Positions 40,580 to 53,771 of a stretch of 64,000 nucleotides of DNA are shown here, in pieces. Source of the stretch: Thalia democratica (taxonomy: Eukaryota). The DNA lies in assembly GCA_965202585.1 (NCBI GenBank), contig OZ241826.1, positions 72,788,001 to 72,852,000 of the forward strand, written 5' to 3'. How positions within the stretch are numbered: position 1 is the first letter of the stretch; every line of letters starts with the position of its first letter. The position numbers and the translations under genes are program-made. The notes under the pieces were generated by a model. It was given only the letters and a program-made list of their open reading frames with translations. It made no database searches and had not been told where the DNA came from.

Positions 40580-41000
40580 TTAATTACATAGGTACCTGCT
40601 GATGCGCAAATATGTTTGTTCCCACCTAAAACTGCATTGAAATGGAACAGCTTTTTCTTCTAGTTTACAGTAGGTATTACAGAGTAAAACTGTTTTTTTT
40701 GCTCATAAATTATCTTACAGCTAAACTATCTTCTACCTGTAAATACAAACCTTTTTTTTTTGCAGCAGCTTCTTTGTGATAAGCTCTTAAATTGACTATG
40801 TCAGCAGTAAAACTTCATTTGTTAAGGTCGGAATCAATAACTTCGACCACCCTAACGTGAATGTCATTGACTGAGAGATCATTGTACTCTTTTTTTCCAA
40901 AAACATAAAACTTGTCTCTAAACGCTGCACAGTGTACAGGCCACAAGTAGCCTCTTTTGGTAAGTTTGACGCAAATCGCAAATTTTAGCATAGATAAACA
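40580..41000 (-). pseudogene. Degenerate Kelch-repeat gene fragment
   Basis: KRGYLWPVHCAAFRDKFYVFGKKEY...RVVEVIDSDLNK*SFTADIVNLRAYHKEAAA. It follows the Kelch consensus with TGA (40817-40815) at the conserved Trp, followed by further stops and frame changes (HFNAVLGGNKHICASAG). Confidence 0.6.
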
Positions 41001-44000
41001 AACTGATGTTGGTTACTTTAAAAACATGTAAGCATTACACTAAAAACAAACTTATATATAAGATTTACTCTAATCTTACTTGTGTTTTGATTTGAGCTGC
41101 ACTCTTTTTTAACCAAAACTGTATTGTAGTCTAAGAGGTGTAGGACTAATATTTTATGCATTGTAGTGTTTTGGATAGAGGTTAGGGGCTTGAATTATTT
41201 TATGGATTGTGGTTAATGCTAAAAAATTTTTAAGTTACAGGTTCAATTCTAGATAACAAGCTTACATAAACGGTCATTTTCGTCTAGCTTAGCTCTCAAA
41301 ACATATACTTACTTTAGGAAGTATATTTAACCATATTGTTAGCTTTTAAAGCTTTTTAGATTTAAAAGCTTGTGGCCCGAAACAAGTGCCGCCCGCTCAC
41401 TTTCACGACTGTTGAAAATGTTGAGTACTTCGAGAGATGGCAGCTCTGTGTTCAAAGTTTTTTGAACTAGTTTCGAATGTTTGAATGGTTTTATGGTTTG
41501 GGATGGAAAAGTTTTAATGGTTTGAATGTTGAGAGGAAATTTATTTTGTATTACCCTCGGATAGATGAAAAAAAAATTGTTGATAAAAATTTGCTTTTTA
41601 GAAAATATGTTCACTTATTAATCCTTCAATAAGGTTGTAAAAACTGTGAAGCTCTGTAAAACAAGTTTTAGTTTTTTTATTTTTATAATTCTATAAATGT
41701 TCTTATTGGCAGTAAATTAAGACAAACTTTAGGTAAAATTTTCATTGCAACATTATTATTTTTCTAACTTTTTATGATTAAGCTAAACATCAATGCATTA
41801 AAAATGCTTAGTTCTGATGTTGTATAACATCGAAGTTTTCATTATCTGTTTTAGATGTTTGCAGATCTAAGTATTGAAAACATTGCTCGATTTAAGTTGT
41901 TTTTTGAGCTGTTTAACTTTAATTCTTTTTGACACGAATAAAATAGCATAAAATTTTTAACATAGTTCATTCATTTAATAATAACAACAGGGTTTATCAA
42001 TTAGTTTATTTGATAACTTCTTAGATAGTTTTAAAACTTTAATAACGTTCGTATCATCTATTTAACCTGTCATAGCAAAAACAAGTATTTTTAAATACGC
42101 ATTTTAAAACTTCTAGTTTCAATAAGCTAATAATTTTTTTTTCATACTTTTATGATTTTATAGGTAACAAAAAGTCGTTTATAAGAACAGTTTATAATTC
42201 TTTCACAAAATATGAAAGTATTAAATTAACTAATATATAATAAACATGTAAAAATTTGATTTTTAAATTACTGCTTCTCAACCAGCTGTTTAGTTCAACT
42301 TAGTATGTGTTGATTTTTTTGTGCTACTTTAAGAATAAAAAACTCAACCAAAAATAAAAACTTTTTTAGCCTATTTAAAAGTGATCAATTGTAAAGTGAA
42401 AAACAAGTTCCTACTATCATTAGAAAAAAAAGGTAATATGTTAACTTTCATAACTATTATTCAAAACAAACTTCATACTTTATCTTGAAATTCTTTTAAT
42501 GTTAGTTTACATATTAGAAAAAATTTTTTAAAACAAAATAAATTTATTGTATACATAAAGACTAAGAATTAACTATTTTTACTATTACGAAGATTGAAAA
42601 GTATGATATGCAAAAGAACTAGAACAAATATAACTAAAAACACATCTATTATTTGTGCAAACTTAAGTTATATAAAGCAAAATAGTTGCTGTAATTTATT
42701 ATTTTCAATTTTATCTTTTAATAAGATACTAAATGCACAACTATATTCAAAATTAAAAAACAAGTCTGTACAACTTTATTTTGTATTGACTTATTTAAAA
42801 AATTAACTTGAGTTTTAAATGGTTTTGTGCTTAGTTTTTATAAAAGTTTTTTTGTTTAAGAACAATAAACGATCTATCTTAATATTTAAAATAATTATCA
42901 TGTTAGTCACAAAACTGTGGCAACAAAAGTTTACAAAGCATAACATTTTTAAAAACTCCTTATCATTTCAGCCTAAAGATTGTTCTGAGATTAACTTTTT
43001 ATTTACATTTTAATAAGCGTTTGATAGACTTTATTTTTAATTAGGAATAAACACTTCATATTCAAAAAAATATTATATGTTTTGATTTTTTGAAACAAAA
43101 TAAAATGATCTCAACATCTAAAGGACAAACTTTTTTTTTTCAAGACTTTAAAATGCAAACCAAATTTTGGTCAAAACGTCGTCACTCGTCAGTGCTTAAA
43201 AAATAAGATATTTAATAAAAGCAGTAAAATTGACTTAAAACTTTAAACATTTGATACTTAGGTTTTTAGAAATACAATAAAGTAGTAAAATTTTTAGTTT
43301 TTTTTAACTTTTTGTATTTATGTTGATAACGAACAAGTTATGATTAGAATTTATTGAAATTACATCTTTTTCTGTATTATCCTAAATTAATACTACCCAC
43401 CAAAATGTAAACTATTACAATATAGTAGTGTTTCTCAAAGTGATCATTAATGTACACACAATTTTGTTTATTGTTCATGGAAATTTTCCTAAGTAGTTTA
43501 AACTTTTTAGATACGTAGTATAATTTAAATTGTGTTTAAATGCTAATTTTTGATAATTTTAGTAGAGTTTTAAAGTATTTATAGCAAATATAATAATAAA
43601 AAAAAAACAAGATTAGACTTAGTACTGAAAATAAAATAATAAAACTTCGATATTAACTGTGCACAGTTTTAGAATTTTTAAGAACTACTTCACTAGATAA
43701 TAGAATTTAATTTTAAAAATTATTGTTATTTTTATTTATTTTTTAAAGATTATATAATAACATGGATAGAAATTTTAGTAGACTAATTCAGGTTTGCTTT
43801 CAAAGCAGGGCAGTTATAAATGAAGCTTCTATAAACCTAGCGGATCTAAAAATTATTATTTCTTGAACCTAACTCGGAAAAACTAGACCGCTAATTGATT
43901 TAAGTTTAAAAAACGACACATGTAAATTTTATATATAAAAAAAATATATATAGTTATGGAAACTCCGAAAAAGTACACAAGAACTTAAAAAAATATTTTG

Positions 44001-44831
44001 AAATATATTAGCCACTAGTACATTAAACTCATACAATAAACAAATAAAACATCTTAGTGTTCTATAGTTGTTAACAACTATTTAAGTAGGACATAATTTT
44101 TTCTCAAATGTATATTAATAAAAAAATGCAAAAACTTATCAATTGTACATAACATACTCTTGAATTGCTATTTTAAATTTAAAATTTATTTATAAAATAT
44201 ATAAAAACTAAATGTCCATGAGTCAGTAAGATAAATTTAAGATAATAAAAATCGTTACAAATAAATTCATGAAAATTAAATACTTTTTTGCTTTGGTAAT
44301 CTTTAGTATTGTAACTAAGTTTATTATGTAGTTATTAAAGAAATAAAATTAATTTTAAATACAATTCTTTAACAACAAATAAAAATCTGCATTAGATTGT
44401 AACTTATAGTTTTCGTTAATTTTAATACCTTTCTTTGGTAATGTATTTAATTTTCATAATAAGCCATGAAATTTTACATGGACCTTATTTAAACACCAAG
44501 TTGCAGATTTGCTATAGTTTGATTTTTAGTAAATCAAGTTGTTAAAACACTTTTTTTTTTTATACACTTATACCGTCTAACTACTAATCTTCAAAAATAA
44601 AGTACTAAAGTGTAAAAGTTAGAAGTTTTAAAGAAGAAATGTTAGCTTTATTTATACTTAGAGTAAATATCTTAGTACTAGACTTTTATTTTGGAGTGTT
44701 TTTAAAAATTAAAAACTAAGAAACAAATAAATTAACATACACTATATATTATTTATTGAACAATAAAAAAACACAGAAAGCTTGGTCTAAGAACCAGGTG
44801 TAAGAAAATACTTTTCGGTTATCGAATCATA

Positions 44832-44888
44832 TTCCACGGATACAGATCAATGTGTTGTCCAGGAAAACATTAAACTGTATCCACGGAA
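44832..44888 (-). ncRNA. Candidate pre-miRNA-like hairpin
   Basis: On the minus strand, UUCCGUGGAUACAGUUUAAUGUUUU-ccuggac-AACACAUUGAUCUGUAUCCGUGGAA folds by hand into 25 positions with 20 Watson-Crick pairs, 3 G:U pairs and 2 mismatches. Confidence 0.35.
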
Positions 44889-46460
44889 AAATAAATTAGA
44901 GTAAGTTTATGTTATGCTAGTTAATAAAAATAACTTAGTAATAAAGTATACTTTTAAAAGTCAAAATCAATAAACAAAAACATAGCACTTGCATTAATCA
45001 ATGTATTTCAATCAAATTAGTAACCATAATAGTCGTAGAAAAAAAACTGTTGGTTTAATATCAATAGAAAGTCTACCAAAGCTATAGTTTCTGTATAATT
45101 GTATTTGTTCTTTGAATCAGTAAATTTTGAAGTTTTGCAAACAGATCACAGTAAATTACAATAGAAAATTCTGTGTACCCAATTTCACTTAACACTCGTC
45201 GTGTTTAGCTTAAAATGTTTTATATCTGAAAACTATGTTTAGACGTATTAAGAACAATTAGAAAAAATAGTTTAAACATATTCAATGTAAAATTTAGACC
45301 TATTTTCCAAGTGTATTCATTAATTTTAACATATTTAAACGCAAAAATTTTTTTATCCACTTTACTATGAGCTGGCGCAATCAAAAAATACTCTCTTAAT
45401 AATTAAACTCATGGTGTCGGTGCATAATTTTAGATAAAACACTATAAGCTTTTGATGATTGATGAATATTTTATAAAACAAAAATCAATTTAAATAAGAT
45501 TTTTTTCTTTTTTTAATTCTTATACAACACTAAACTAGTTTAAACTAAAAACGTTCTACCTACAAACTTTGAATAAAAAGTTTCAAATTTCTTAGTGATT
45601 ATTTTTATAACATTATGAAGAAAGATGCAAAAGCAAACATATAATTTGTAAAAATTAATTTATTAGATATTGTTTTTTCCATGCTTTAATAATTGAGGAC
45701 TCGATAGGTTTTTTTTTTGATAATTTAATAAAAGTACTCAAATGATTTAAAGCAACCAAATTATAAAAATTGTTTTTTTTTACAATAAATTAAGCCTAAA
45801 CTTTATTTTACTATAGTTTGTCACAATAAGATTGGCCTATATGATGCAAAGGAGCTTATAAAACATTTACAATTAAGCTAAGCAGTAAAATGTTTATTGC
45901 TACAATACTAAACTCCTAAAAAATATATTAGCTTAAAGTATTTAAAACCGTAGTAAAAATTAAGCCAAGATATGAAAATATGGATAAATTTTTTTTTTAA
46001 TTTGTTATATAAAAATAAAATTAAAGTTATATGAAACAAAAAGGTTTTCGTATGAAGTACTCAACAGAATTTTTGTCAGATTTGCAGACAAAAAAATCTT
46101 GTCAATAGTTGTTTTTTTTTTTAACTTATCATATACAAAAAAAAATTAAAAGAAATAGTTTAAAATCTAAAAAAAAAAACTGATTGATAAAATATCTTTT
46201 TATAAATTCAAACATTTGAAGTTAAAATTACCTTTAAACAATATACAAAAACACTCAGTACAAAATCCAGAAACATTTCACGCTATTTTCATCAGTGGAT
46301 ACATAGAAATAAATAAAAGATAATTTTAAATTATATAGTAACAGTAGCAATCATCATAAACAAAACAATTTTACATACAAAGTCAGTTACAAAAAAATAA
46401 TCAGAGTTCTAATTATTAAAGCTGATTAAAAATATAAACAAATAAACAACAAAAAGAGCA

Positions 46461-46856
46461 TTAAGTAGATAAAGCTACACTATAGTCAAACTCATTTTGC
46501 CTACAAAGAGCAGGTTATCTGTTTAAAATACATATAGCTTCCATTTTAAGTAAGTCAAAAACGTTACAGCAACTTTTACTTATCTTAAACCTTTCTGAAT
46601 TGAAATTTTCAGCACAACACTGATTATCCACCAAATGTTCCGCAATAGTAGATCTTTTTATTGCATTCATAATTTTACTGCAACTATTTTCTTTTTTTTT
46701 ACAGCTACATTAAAAAACTTATCAATGCAAGCAGGTATATGTTCTTTGATCCTCTTTTTCAAAATACTTTTACAACTAGTTTTACTAATAGTATGAAAAG
46801 TAGACTTAAGTCAATAAAATTTAGCCTTACATTTAACAAAAGTGTATAAAACACAC
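46461..46856 (-). mobile_element. Penelope-like retroelement relic, GIY-YIG endonuclease domain
   Basis: CVLYTFVKC...ILKKRIKEHIPAC..., then a frameshift, then NAIKRSTIAEHLVDNQCCAENFNSERFKI...FDLLKMEAICILNR*PALCRQNEFDYSVAL. These are typical PLE GIY-YIG motifs interrupted by stops. Confidence 0.82.
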
Positions 46857-49800
46857 AGTTCAATAAATTCAAAGTACGGCTATAAAATTATATTAATTAC
46901 TATATCAAATACTTTTTGTACAAGTTTACCTATTTATAGTGCTTTAGATTTTCAAAGAGTATTAGTTTCACAGTGTTGCTTAATCCTAGTTTAGACTTTT
47001 ACTTATGTAAACATTTGAACTTCTTTGAAGTTTAGAGAACTTCTAGTTTTAGTTTACTAATAAAACGACCGTATTATGAATAATTTTTTTTTTTGAAAAA
47101 AAAAACCATAAAGTTGTAATATAATTTTATCTTTGATTAAAGTTATACTGATAGCTGACAAACTAATATTTTTCATTAATGTAGTTTGGACTATTTCTTA
47201 CAAAAATAAGGTTTCAGCAATATCACACTTTTAGGGAAGTATAATAAAGGTATAAAGTATACATTACAGAAAGTTGTGTACATCTTCAAAAAGCTTTTTA
47301 TGAAAACAAAATATGAATTTTTTCTTAGTTTAGATACAAGTAGTTATTTTATTAAAATGTAACAAAACATAAAAAATTTAAAACAGTCTAAAATTTAATA
47401 GTTGTTAACAGTTACTTAAATGATGCAACGAATTTTTGATTGTGAAGTTTAAGTTAATTAAAAAATTATTTTACAAAAGTTGAAAATGTTTGAAACTATA
47501 TAATGTTTTATATAACAAGAATTTAAATACACAACATTTTTTTTTGTTTTATTAATAAAATTGAATAGCTAAATGAGGTAGTTTTAATCTTTTTATTCAT
47601 TTGTACAGTTATTAATTTTATTAATATAAGAATTGTTTTTTAATTATTTTTAAAACTAACTACTGTTTTTACATTTTATATTAATTTTTGTGAATTACCA
47701 TTTAACACCTGTTTATTATCGTTAAAATATGTGTGAAGAAAAGCAATAAAAAATGTAGAACAATAAACTAACTTAACACTTTTATATTTTTTGTCAAATA
47801 CTTTTTACATAAGAAATTAATTTATGCAGACTATTGTTTAAATTAAGCTATTGAAAAAAAAAGGGAATTAAAATTGTCATAAAATTGTCAAAAATCAACA
47901 AAAAAAAATTTAAATATAACTATAATCATTATTTATGTTTATTTTACAATTAGTGTAAAACTACACCCATGGGACGTTTCAGTGTTTTTAACGTTTAAGT
48001 GTTTTGTTTTTTATTTTTACTACACCTTAATGTTAATATTATTTAAAACAACTGACAAAAACAAGTTTTTTAAATAAAATTTTCGGAAAGTGTCATTTAA
48101 CACAGTTAATTTCTATTTCTTTTCAATGTTTTTGTTATTTTTATTTATAAGTTGATTTAAGTAATTTCAAGAATTTAAATGTACATGAATTTATTGCTAA
48201 CTTAAGTTCGAAATTACTTCCAAATGTAGCTGGAAATGAATCATAAATGAAGATGAGCTGTTTTACAAAAAATTTATATTTCAAAGAAACTAAGCTAAAG
48301 CAGTTTAAGATAGCTACTTGTAGTCAAGTCTTGTTTTTGTTGACAAGTATATGTTAGCTAAATACTATTTGTTTAAAAAAGATTTAATTTCTTTTCAGTT
48401 TAACCATTACTTGAGCCTTAATAAATATTTTTTGCTTTAAAACTATGCTAAAGATTAAAGTTTATGAACATATAATCATGATTAAGTACAATCGTGACAC
48501 AGGTGTTCTAATAAACTATTGCATATTTTGAACGAAATTGTTGGTTATTAGGTCGTGAGAAAAAAAAAAACAAAGCAAGTTAATTTTTTTTTCAATTTTA
48601 CTTTTATTAAACTCTGAAAAGTTAAAAGTGCTTTACAGCTTTTCTCTAACGTTTTCAAAATCTAATGTAATGTTTTATTTCTATACAACAACAAATATTG
48701 CGTTTTTAAATGAATGAAACCTTATAAATTGTTAAAGTATTTAAATAGATTTTGGATTATCAACTCGTCTTTTACATAATATCTTAAGTAATATTTTATC
48801 AAAATTACTAATATTTATACATAAACTTACAAACAAAAAAGTCGTAAAACTAAACTACTGAGTATTGAAAAAAAAAATTACTCAATTAAAATCAATTTAC
48901 TTATTATTTTCAAAACCAGCATTTCGTTCATAAACAATATTGTAGTGATAATGATTCATTATTATACATTGCTGTATTAAAAAACAAACTAACAAAATTA
49001 AAAAATATATATACTTACAAAACTTAATTTTTAATACAATAAATTTAAATTTTAATAAACTTAGTTTTTATCACCTTGTTCTAGGTGTTTGAGTAGCATA
49101 AAAATAAAAACAAAACATGCTATGCCTCAGCTATTCTTTCCTTCTTTATTCGTTTTATGTAAGCCAAAGTAAGCGCAAAACTCGTTTACTGCTCTTACTT
49201 TGAAACTAAACTGTTTTTGTAAAAAAAGTATTTGATTTAAAAGTATCGATAAATGTTTTTAGCATTTTGTTTACTATGTAATTCAGTGAGTTTTCAATTA
49301 GTCGCACGCACGTTTGTTGTTCATATTAATTATTGTTAAATAGAGAAACACAAAACTATTCATATAAATCATTAAAAAAATTAAAAAATTGAGATTACTT
49401 TAATTTTAGTAGTCTTCAGCAAACGCTATTCGTGTTGTTTGAATAAGCTTATTTTATAGCATTTGATAACAGTTTATTTTATTATAACTAACTATTTTAC
49501 TTTAGTTTTTATAAATTTTTTTTTTATTAAAAAAATTATAAAATGGACTAATTTTTTTTTAAGCTTTGGAACTAAAAGCTTGAAAAAAAAGCCTTTTTGA
49601 GCTTCACACAACAACTTTTTTTCAACTGAATTTGCTCTTTGACATCACAACAAATTATGTCGGCACTCAAATTTAATAAAGTTTCTTTATTTAATTACGA
49701 AAGCTTACAGTCGCTGAGGCATGCAGCGAGAAGAAACTTTTTCTTTCATCCATGACATGCTCAGATTGGTGGCGGAAAAAGAAAACGTTTGAACAAGGCT

Positions 49801-52719
49801 TTGAGTCGAGTGCGGATCGGGCTTTTAATGTATTGGGATAATCGCAGTTTATTGCCGCTCAACGCGAGAAAAATCTAATTATAGACAAGCGAGATTTTAT
49901 TAAAAAAAGTCTTGTTTTAATGTAAAAACGCGAGTGCTAAAAAGTTGAACTTAGTGTTTGCTGTATCTTGAGTTAAAACAGACACGAATTTTTGAAGTTA
50001 TTTTTCACAAAAAAGAAAAACAGTTCTTTTTTTTGTGTTGTTTACACAGAAGAGGTTAATACCTCGTAATTGTTGCTTTCCGTTTTTAAACAGTGGCAGT
50101 CTTTAGCCAGCGTTTATCGCCAAATTACAGTGTATTAAAAAGCAGTTGAACACAGAAAATGATATATCAAGTCATCGCAGTACAAAAATGCGTATTGTTG
50201 GTTTTTACATGTGGTTAACTGCTCGCATAGCTCTAAAGTATTGTGTATGTGTTTTGAATTAGTTTGCATTTTTGTTGCAGTTATTAGTAATAAAAACTAA
50301 ACAAAGTTTGTTTAAATTATTTTATTATAGCATAAAATGTTCAGCGTTATACATTTCATTATATATTTTGTTTTTTCCTACTATCATTTATCTTATTTCG
50401 GAAAAGAACTTTAAGTTTTAAATTTTCATGTTTGAAAGGCTATTTTGTGTTTTAATACTGAATTTGTTGTGAAATATAGGTTATTTAGCAAGCTCACTCT
50501 TATCAATAAAGATTAGCAGCTGATAAATTGCCATGAGACTGCTTATTTAAAAGTGTACAGGTGTTGAACTTGAGAAAATTTATTAAGCAAAGTTGTAAGG
50601 CCATGAAAAGCGTTTTGATTTTTAGATGATACTTAGTAAGAGATGATTTATAAAGTATTGAAAATGAAGTTATTTAGGTTTTAATTGAATTGATACTGAA
50701 ATTCAGTTTCTTCTTTTAATTGAGATACAAATAGACTCTGTTACGTAGTCAGCTACAATACATATGAAAATTTATAAAAGAAACAATTTTTTAATCATTA
50801 ATAAAACTATCATTACAGACAATAATACTGTTAATAAAGTTATAAAATGATTATTATGATATAACTATTTCATTAAGTTTAGTTCTTTTGTAAAAAAAAG
50901 ACGTTTATTTATACTAGACATTTGTAAAACTATTTTTTTTATGCTGCATACTATAAACTATAATACTTTCATCATGATTGAAATTGTAAGAACACAAAAA
51001 TATAATTATAGATAAGAAACATAGCTCAATATATAAAAACTCTTTTTTAATTTTCAGTTTTTAGTTCTTAAGATTATATATTTCTTTTTAGTTGAGACTG
51101 GTACAAACTTTATTAAAAAAGTAATTATAATAGTTTTTATATTGTTTTACAAAAAGTATAAGCTTTTTTCGTTTTCAAGCTATAAATTATTAAAAAGAAT
51201 ATATAGTGTTAAAAGGAATTTAAAAAAACTAGCGATATCTAAATTTGTATGTTTTAAATAAAAACTTTAGTTTTTATACTACCTCTGACAAAAGGTTAAA
51301 AGTTAAATTAAAAAACAGGTATGTAACTTTGTTTATGTTTTTAATCTAGAAAGCAGCTTAACTTAATTTCAAATTATAAAGAAAATTATAATACGCAATT
51401 TTATACTTCTTAAGGCTTTTTTCTTTTTTTTTTACTCTGCCTTTTTATCGTTCTACTAGGTTATTTTCAAAAAAAAAAAGTAGAATAGGTAACTTTTAGT
51501 TGCTTTCTTAAACGTTTTAATTCTAAACTATTTTATAATATTATTAATTTTTATAAACGTTATAGAACTTGTTAGTCATTCTTAATGAGTAATTTTTATT
51601 CTAACCTTGAGTTAAACATAGACTAGTTTCGTTTTTTATAACAGCTACAGTTTTTTTTTAAACTGCTACTTACAAGAATTTTCTGTTCAGGTACAGCTTT
51701 AATAAAATAGATTTTAATTTAATCATTAAATTATAATTTTTTAAAAAGAATTTACTTTTTAGTTATAGTTTATTTACACTACTTGTTGTTTTCAGTAACT
51801 ATTGATGCTTTAAACAACGTTTTGAATAATTTTTAAACAGTTAAAAACAGCCTTTATACTAAAGTTTTTGTAAATTAAGCTAAATCTGTTAATAAACTAA
51901 TGCGTTTTTATAAAGTTTTTCTTAAACAAACCAAGGAATTGATAATTATTTTTTCAATACCATATTTGTTTATGTATACAGCTATGTACACTTGTTAATT
52001 GTAAGTTGTTTAAAGTTGCTTTTAGAATAGTTTTAATTAAAAACGGTTTTAAATTTTTTTCTTGAATTACCGAAATAGTCTAGCTGTATGTAGGCATTAT
52101 TGCACTAAACAACTTATTTAACTTTTAATTGCTGTTGTTGTAGGGACTGTATTCAACTTCTTATATAACGTTTGATAATTAAACTTTTAACCTGTCTAAA
52201 GGTTAAAAAAACGCTTAAAATGAATTTATTGTTTTTTATATGAACTTTTACTGTTATAAACAGCTAGTAACTTGAAAAAATTAGTTTTATTAGCACATGA
52301 TGAATATAGACCTTAAGAAATAAATAGTATAAATATTTGAGACTACCTGTATTTGATATTTTATACAAGTAGCCATTAAACAATTACATTTAAAAAACTG
52401 TTTATTAAAGTAGTTTATGAAATTTTTAACGAAAAAAAAAATTAAGAGTCAAGAATCTTAATAGAGTTCAGCTTTAATTAATTTATTAATTTGAATAAAA
52501 ACATTTAAAGTTTTTTATTATCTCTTTGAAAGATTTTTTACTTTTAATATTTTTTGTTTCCAAAACTAATTATTTGGAAATTTAGTAGCATGTTTGTTAT
52601 CTATTTAAGTTTTTATGAGCTGAAGCTTGTGTAAGCTCATTAAGTTTGCTTACGAAAAATATACAACGTGAATAATTGATCAAAGGAGTTCGTTGGGTCG
52701 TCAAGTAAAGCTGTTTTTG

Positions 52720-52732
52720 ATTGGTGACGTCA
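52720..52732 (+). promoter_or_regulatory. Abutting inverted CCAAT box and CRE upstream of the CWH43-like gene
   Basis: ATTGG (52720-52724) is immediately followed by TGACGTCA (52725-52732), about 590 nt upstream of the ATG, in a CpG-containing patch. Confidence 0.45.
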
Positions 52733-53317
52733 TAATAAAGGTATTAGACACGCAAATCACGTTTTAATTGTTTCCATTGTTCGTTGTGCGCTGATAAAGG
52801 AATCGTGAGAGTTTTGTTTGTGTTGATTTTCTTGTGACGCTGGCAAAAACTGCTTTGTTTTGTTTCAAATTGAATAGTCTATGTAGAACATTTTAAATTT
52901 TAAATTAATAACTTAAAACTGACAACCAGTGACAGTAGATTGCATTTTTTACATTAAATGAATAACTTCAAGTGTTTTACTGGATCAATAATCGAGTCTT
53001 AACATTAATAATTTGTTTTGATTCGCATAATCTACTTTTCGTAGCTTTTTTTACTAGAGCTCAATTTAATTTGTAAAAAACAATTAATTGAGAGCAGTTT
53101 ACATTTGCTGCGTTTTTTAACTTCAATCAAAGCTAGTCGTTTTATGTACTTATACTATATTTTCACTACAATTTCTTACACAGAGTCTGTGTTTTATGTT
53201 ATGTAAATTATCGCTTATACAATATAGTTTTGATTATAAAAAACTAAAGTGTAGCAACAAACTCTTTAATTAATATCACATTTAAAACTTCAGACAAACA
53301 CTTATTTAAACAAAGTA

Positions 53318-53771
53318 ATGGCAGTATGCAGACCTCTACAAGTGATTCAAGAAATCGAACGGGAAAACAACGAAATCGAAGTGTCGACGGTGGAATCAAG
53401 CGAGAGCAGCTCCACCGAATTGAACTGCTTACACGGTTGCAGAAGGAAGTTCAAAGAGGAAAAAGACGGAAAGTCGACGCTTCAAACCGTCGCTTCCACC
53501 ATCAACCGGCTCCTGCATCTCCTGGTCGCTTACAACCTCCTCCTTGTTTTGTGGGAGGCCCACTTCTGGCACTTCACCGACCCGATGAACCTCGACTTCA
53601 TGATCTGGCCGGTGCTGGTCGTGATGGCCGCGCTCGCAGGACCGGGCCTTCTGCTGATGTTTCCAAAAGTATCAAAGATAAGAGTGAACAATAGCTTTGG
53701 AGAACTTTTATTTTTGTTGAATCCAGTTATCCTGCTTATATGTTCTTTAGACGCTTTAAGTTTTAAGCCAA
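53318..53771 (+). CDS. CWH43-like exon 1
   Basis: ATG at 53318, open to the donor GTAAGT at 53772; phase 1. Confidence 0.8.

Noticed and set aside
42275-42290. TCAACCAGCTG, matching the 3' half of miR-133
   Set aside because: The seed half (TTTGGTCCCC) is absent and there is no hairpin.
30183-43013. 60-100 aa ORFs rich in F/L/I/K/N (30183, 30349, 30718, 30988, 37845, 42594, 42819)
   Set aside because: Composition simply mirrors AT-rich non-coding DNA.
50094-50112. TGGCAGTCTTTAGC, a miR-34-like start
   Set aside because: Mismatch at position 8 and no pairing arm.
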